From the human T2T-CHM13v2.0 reference genome, Homo sapiens: 64,000 nucleotides of DNA. The stretch is taken from the NCBI RefSeq assembly GCF_009914755.1, contig NC_060927.1; one strand, given 5' to 3'. Below the pieces are notes generated by a model, which worked only from the letters and a program-made list of their open reading frames with translations, was not told the origin of the DNA and made no database searches. The translations under genes and the position numbers were made by a program. Shown one piece after another: positions 61,431 to 64,000 of the stretch. Each line of letters opens with the position of its first letter. The stretch's first letter is position 1.

Positions 61431-64000
61431 AACCTATACCAGGCTCACAATCACCAAACCACTGATCTGCCTTCATTCCACTCCTCTTCATTTGTGATCC
61501 CCACCATTGGCTTAGGCTAGATTCTTCTTCATGGCTCTCTCATGTCTTCTTGAATATTTCTTGAAATTTCTCAAAACCTTCTACACTTGATTTATGTTTT
61601 CCCTCCCTGTATTAATAATTTAATCCAAAAACTCATTAACACTTCTTTTCAACAGACTTTATCACCCCTTTTCTTAGCTCTCATACTCCTTCTAAATTAC
61701 TCTTTTGAGGCCTCACATTTGACATCAGATGTTCCACACCCAGCTATTGAACTCACTTTCCCAGAAGCCCAAGGAACCTATTGTTTTCAGCTGGTTCATT
61801 AGTAGGCCCCAGTTGGCCTTACCAGATGTATTTGTCCAGTTTGATCTTGCCCCATGATCAACCATTTCAACACTGTCCTCAGTAACCATGCAGATTTCCT
61901 TCCTTTTCTAACTTTCTATGTGCAGTGCCTCCTTTTACATTCATCAACTGTGAATCTGTATCACCATTCTCCATTTGCTCCCACTCTCAGAACAAAAGGC
62001 TACACATGCATGCTACCTGGACCTATGCTCCTGCCCACTGTTTCCAGGTACAACCTATGGCAGTTTTTCTTAGTTTGTTCTCCTTTATGAAGTCCCATTC
62101 TCTTTTTCAGTTGATGAGCTAGCATCCTAGTTTAATAAAAGGATCTACACCATGCAGTGTGGTAAGCTTATTAGCTCTCATCTCCTCTAATATCTCTGAA
62201 TTTTCATTATTTTATTTCCTCAGGATATATCTTTTCCCATGTTCCCTTCGTATCTTGAAGGTTATTCTCTCTACTTCTCTTTATCTTCCTTTGGTTTCAT
62301 CAGGGATACTTTCTCTGTAGCTGATAGCATATCAATTTCTAATAGTACTAGATTAATCATCACCACATACCTTTTTTTTTTTGTCCCGCATTCAACTCCT
62401 GCCCTTCAAAAATCTTTTCAGATGGTGTATCTTAAAGTGTGTTTCATACTGGAACTTCAAGATGCATCTCAAAAAAAGTTCCTCAGTCAAGTAAGTTTAG
62501 GAAACACTGAAAACTATATATTCTATTTTCAAACTCGCAAGTGTACACAGGATATTAAGGTGCTGGAAGCCTAATCTTTGTCCAGGCTTACCGGATTACA
62601 GACTCCCCCATCCTCCTTTTTAATGGAACACTTATTTAACCTCAGAATATGCTTCGGGAAAAGATGCTTTAAGGGATTCCCCTGGTTCCAAACTCTTAAG
62701 CCTGGGCTCGGAAATTCACTGACTCCCTATCAAATGAGTCCTCTCAGATTTCCTTTCCATTAATACTCCACATGGTCTAAACTGGTTAACTTATAGGGTG
62801 TCAGAAAGACTAAGCACATTTCTATCTCTGAGCTACTGTATATACCAGTTTGGCTGCTTGGAATACCTTTATCACCTTTCAAAAAATTATATAGGACTTT
62901 TTTCTCCTTCAGGGTCCATATATAAAAATGTATCCTTTATGAAATTTTCCCTTGTGAAGACTGCTTTAGCCCATAATGTTTTCTGCCACTTTTTAAGTAC
63001 TTCAATAAATGGTTATGGTTTACTGCCTGTTTGCTATATTATTAGCGAGGGTGTACATCCTCTTGGGTAGGAACCTTGTTTTATACACTACAGAGACCCC
63101 AGCTTTTTGAGCACAGTAGGATGTTATAACCATGTCATCGGTTAATATAAACAGAAATGGATGGCATTAAGACATGATGGTTTAAAACCCAATTTCTGTA
63201 GCTATTGGAATAGTTTAAGATGCTAACAGCCCAGGTGAAATGTTCCATCACAATATTGGGAAGAAACACTACCCGCCATCACTGCCATTGCCCTGAAAAT
63301 GATACCATGTGTGTCTAAGGATGTGGATAAAGGCTAGATACAGAAGAGCAAAGGCAGCTCCGTTCTTAGGTGAAAGTAAGAATTTGCATTAGTTAACACC
63401 AAATGGCGATAAGATTAAAATAATCTAGGAACATCAAGTGATCCATGAAAGGAATCACTGGAATATACCAATGGTAAAATTACCATTCATAATCATTAAA
63501 TCATGGTAACTTGATGAAAAGAAAAAGGATATTTTCCTACTTAAGGAAGTCAGGGTAAGTATTGTCTGAGGTTCCACTGTGTGCTATTGTGCCTGGTATA
63601 CAGAATGTGTAGCAACTATTTACAGAATCTGCTACTGCCTTCTAGTCACATTCCAAATTCTATCTCTTTGAATCAGTCTGGAGACACAATACATTGGTGA
63701 ATTCAAGGCAGCTTGGCAACGACTGGCACAACATAAAACCCCAAATAATGAATTCCATCTTTCCCATAAAGCTCTTTTATTGACACAACATACAACAGCG
63801 CAGGGCAGGTTGTCTCGGGCTAGTGTGTAATAACTAGATGTTAAGGGGCCCTGAGTTTTTCAGATTAGATGTTATCTGAAGTTGGGACTCAGCAGGTTCC
63901 CTAACAGTGAATTTTTAGTGGGCCTACGACTAGAAGTTTGGTCTCTTGATGCTTAGTCAGGGAGTTTTATTATGTGAGAGAGAAAAGTATAGCTTTCTTT

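Overview
Primate, very probably human, genomic DNA: AT-rich, with about a dozen Alus plus MIR, L1, L2 and LTR relics. It holds the 3' part of the minus-strand gene ZBTB20 (BTB/POZ domain plus five C2H2 zinc fingers). The complete CDS can be assembled from four GT-AG exons: 45586-45576 (11 nt), 45203-45016 (188 nt), 16677-15073 (1605 nt) and 4233-3812 (422 nt). These total 2226 nt = 741 aa + TAA, and a second in-frame ATG at 16657 gives a 668-aa isoform. Also present are a 101-nt 5'UTR exon (53905-53805), a start-codon exon whose acceptor comes from a MIR (45739-45576), the proximal 3.8 kb of the 3'UTR, and plus-strand splice and poly(A) signals that fit an antisense lncRNA (ZBTB20-AS1-like). 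There are no prokaryotic systems, CRISPR arrays, rRNA or tRNA. The most notable observation is that the 1605-nt exon is frame-symmetric, has no in-frame stop, carries its own ATG and is flanked by inverted Alus, so a circle made from it would have an endless ORF. Other points of interest are stacked uORFs, MIR exonisation and a dup-inversion hairpin near 49.9 kb. Repeat boundaries and subfamilies were called by eye and are approximate.
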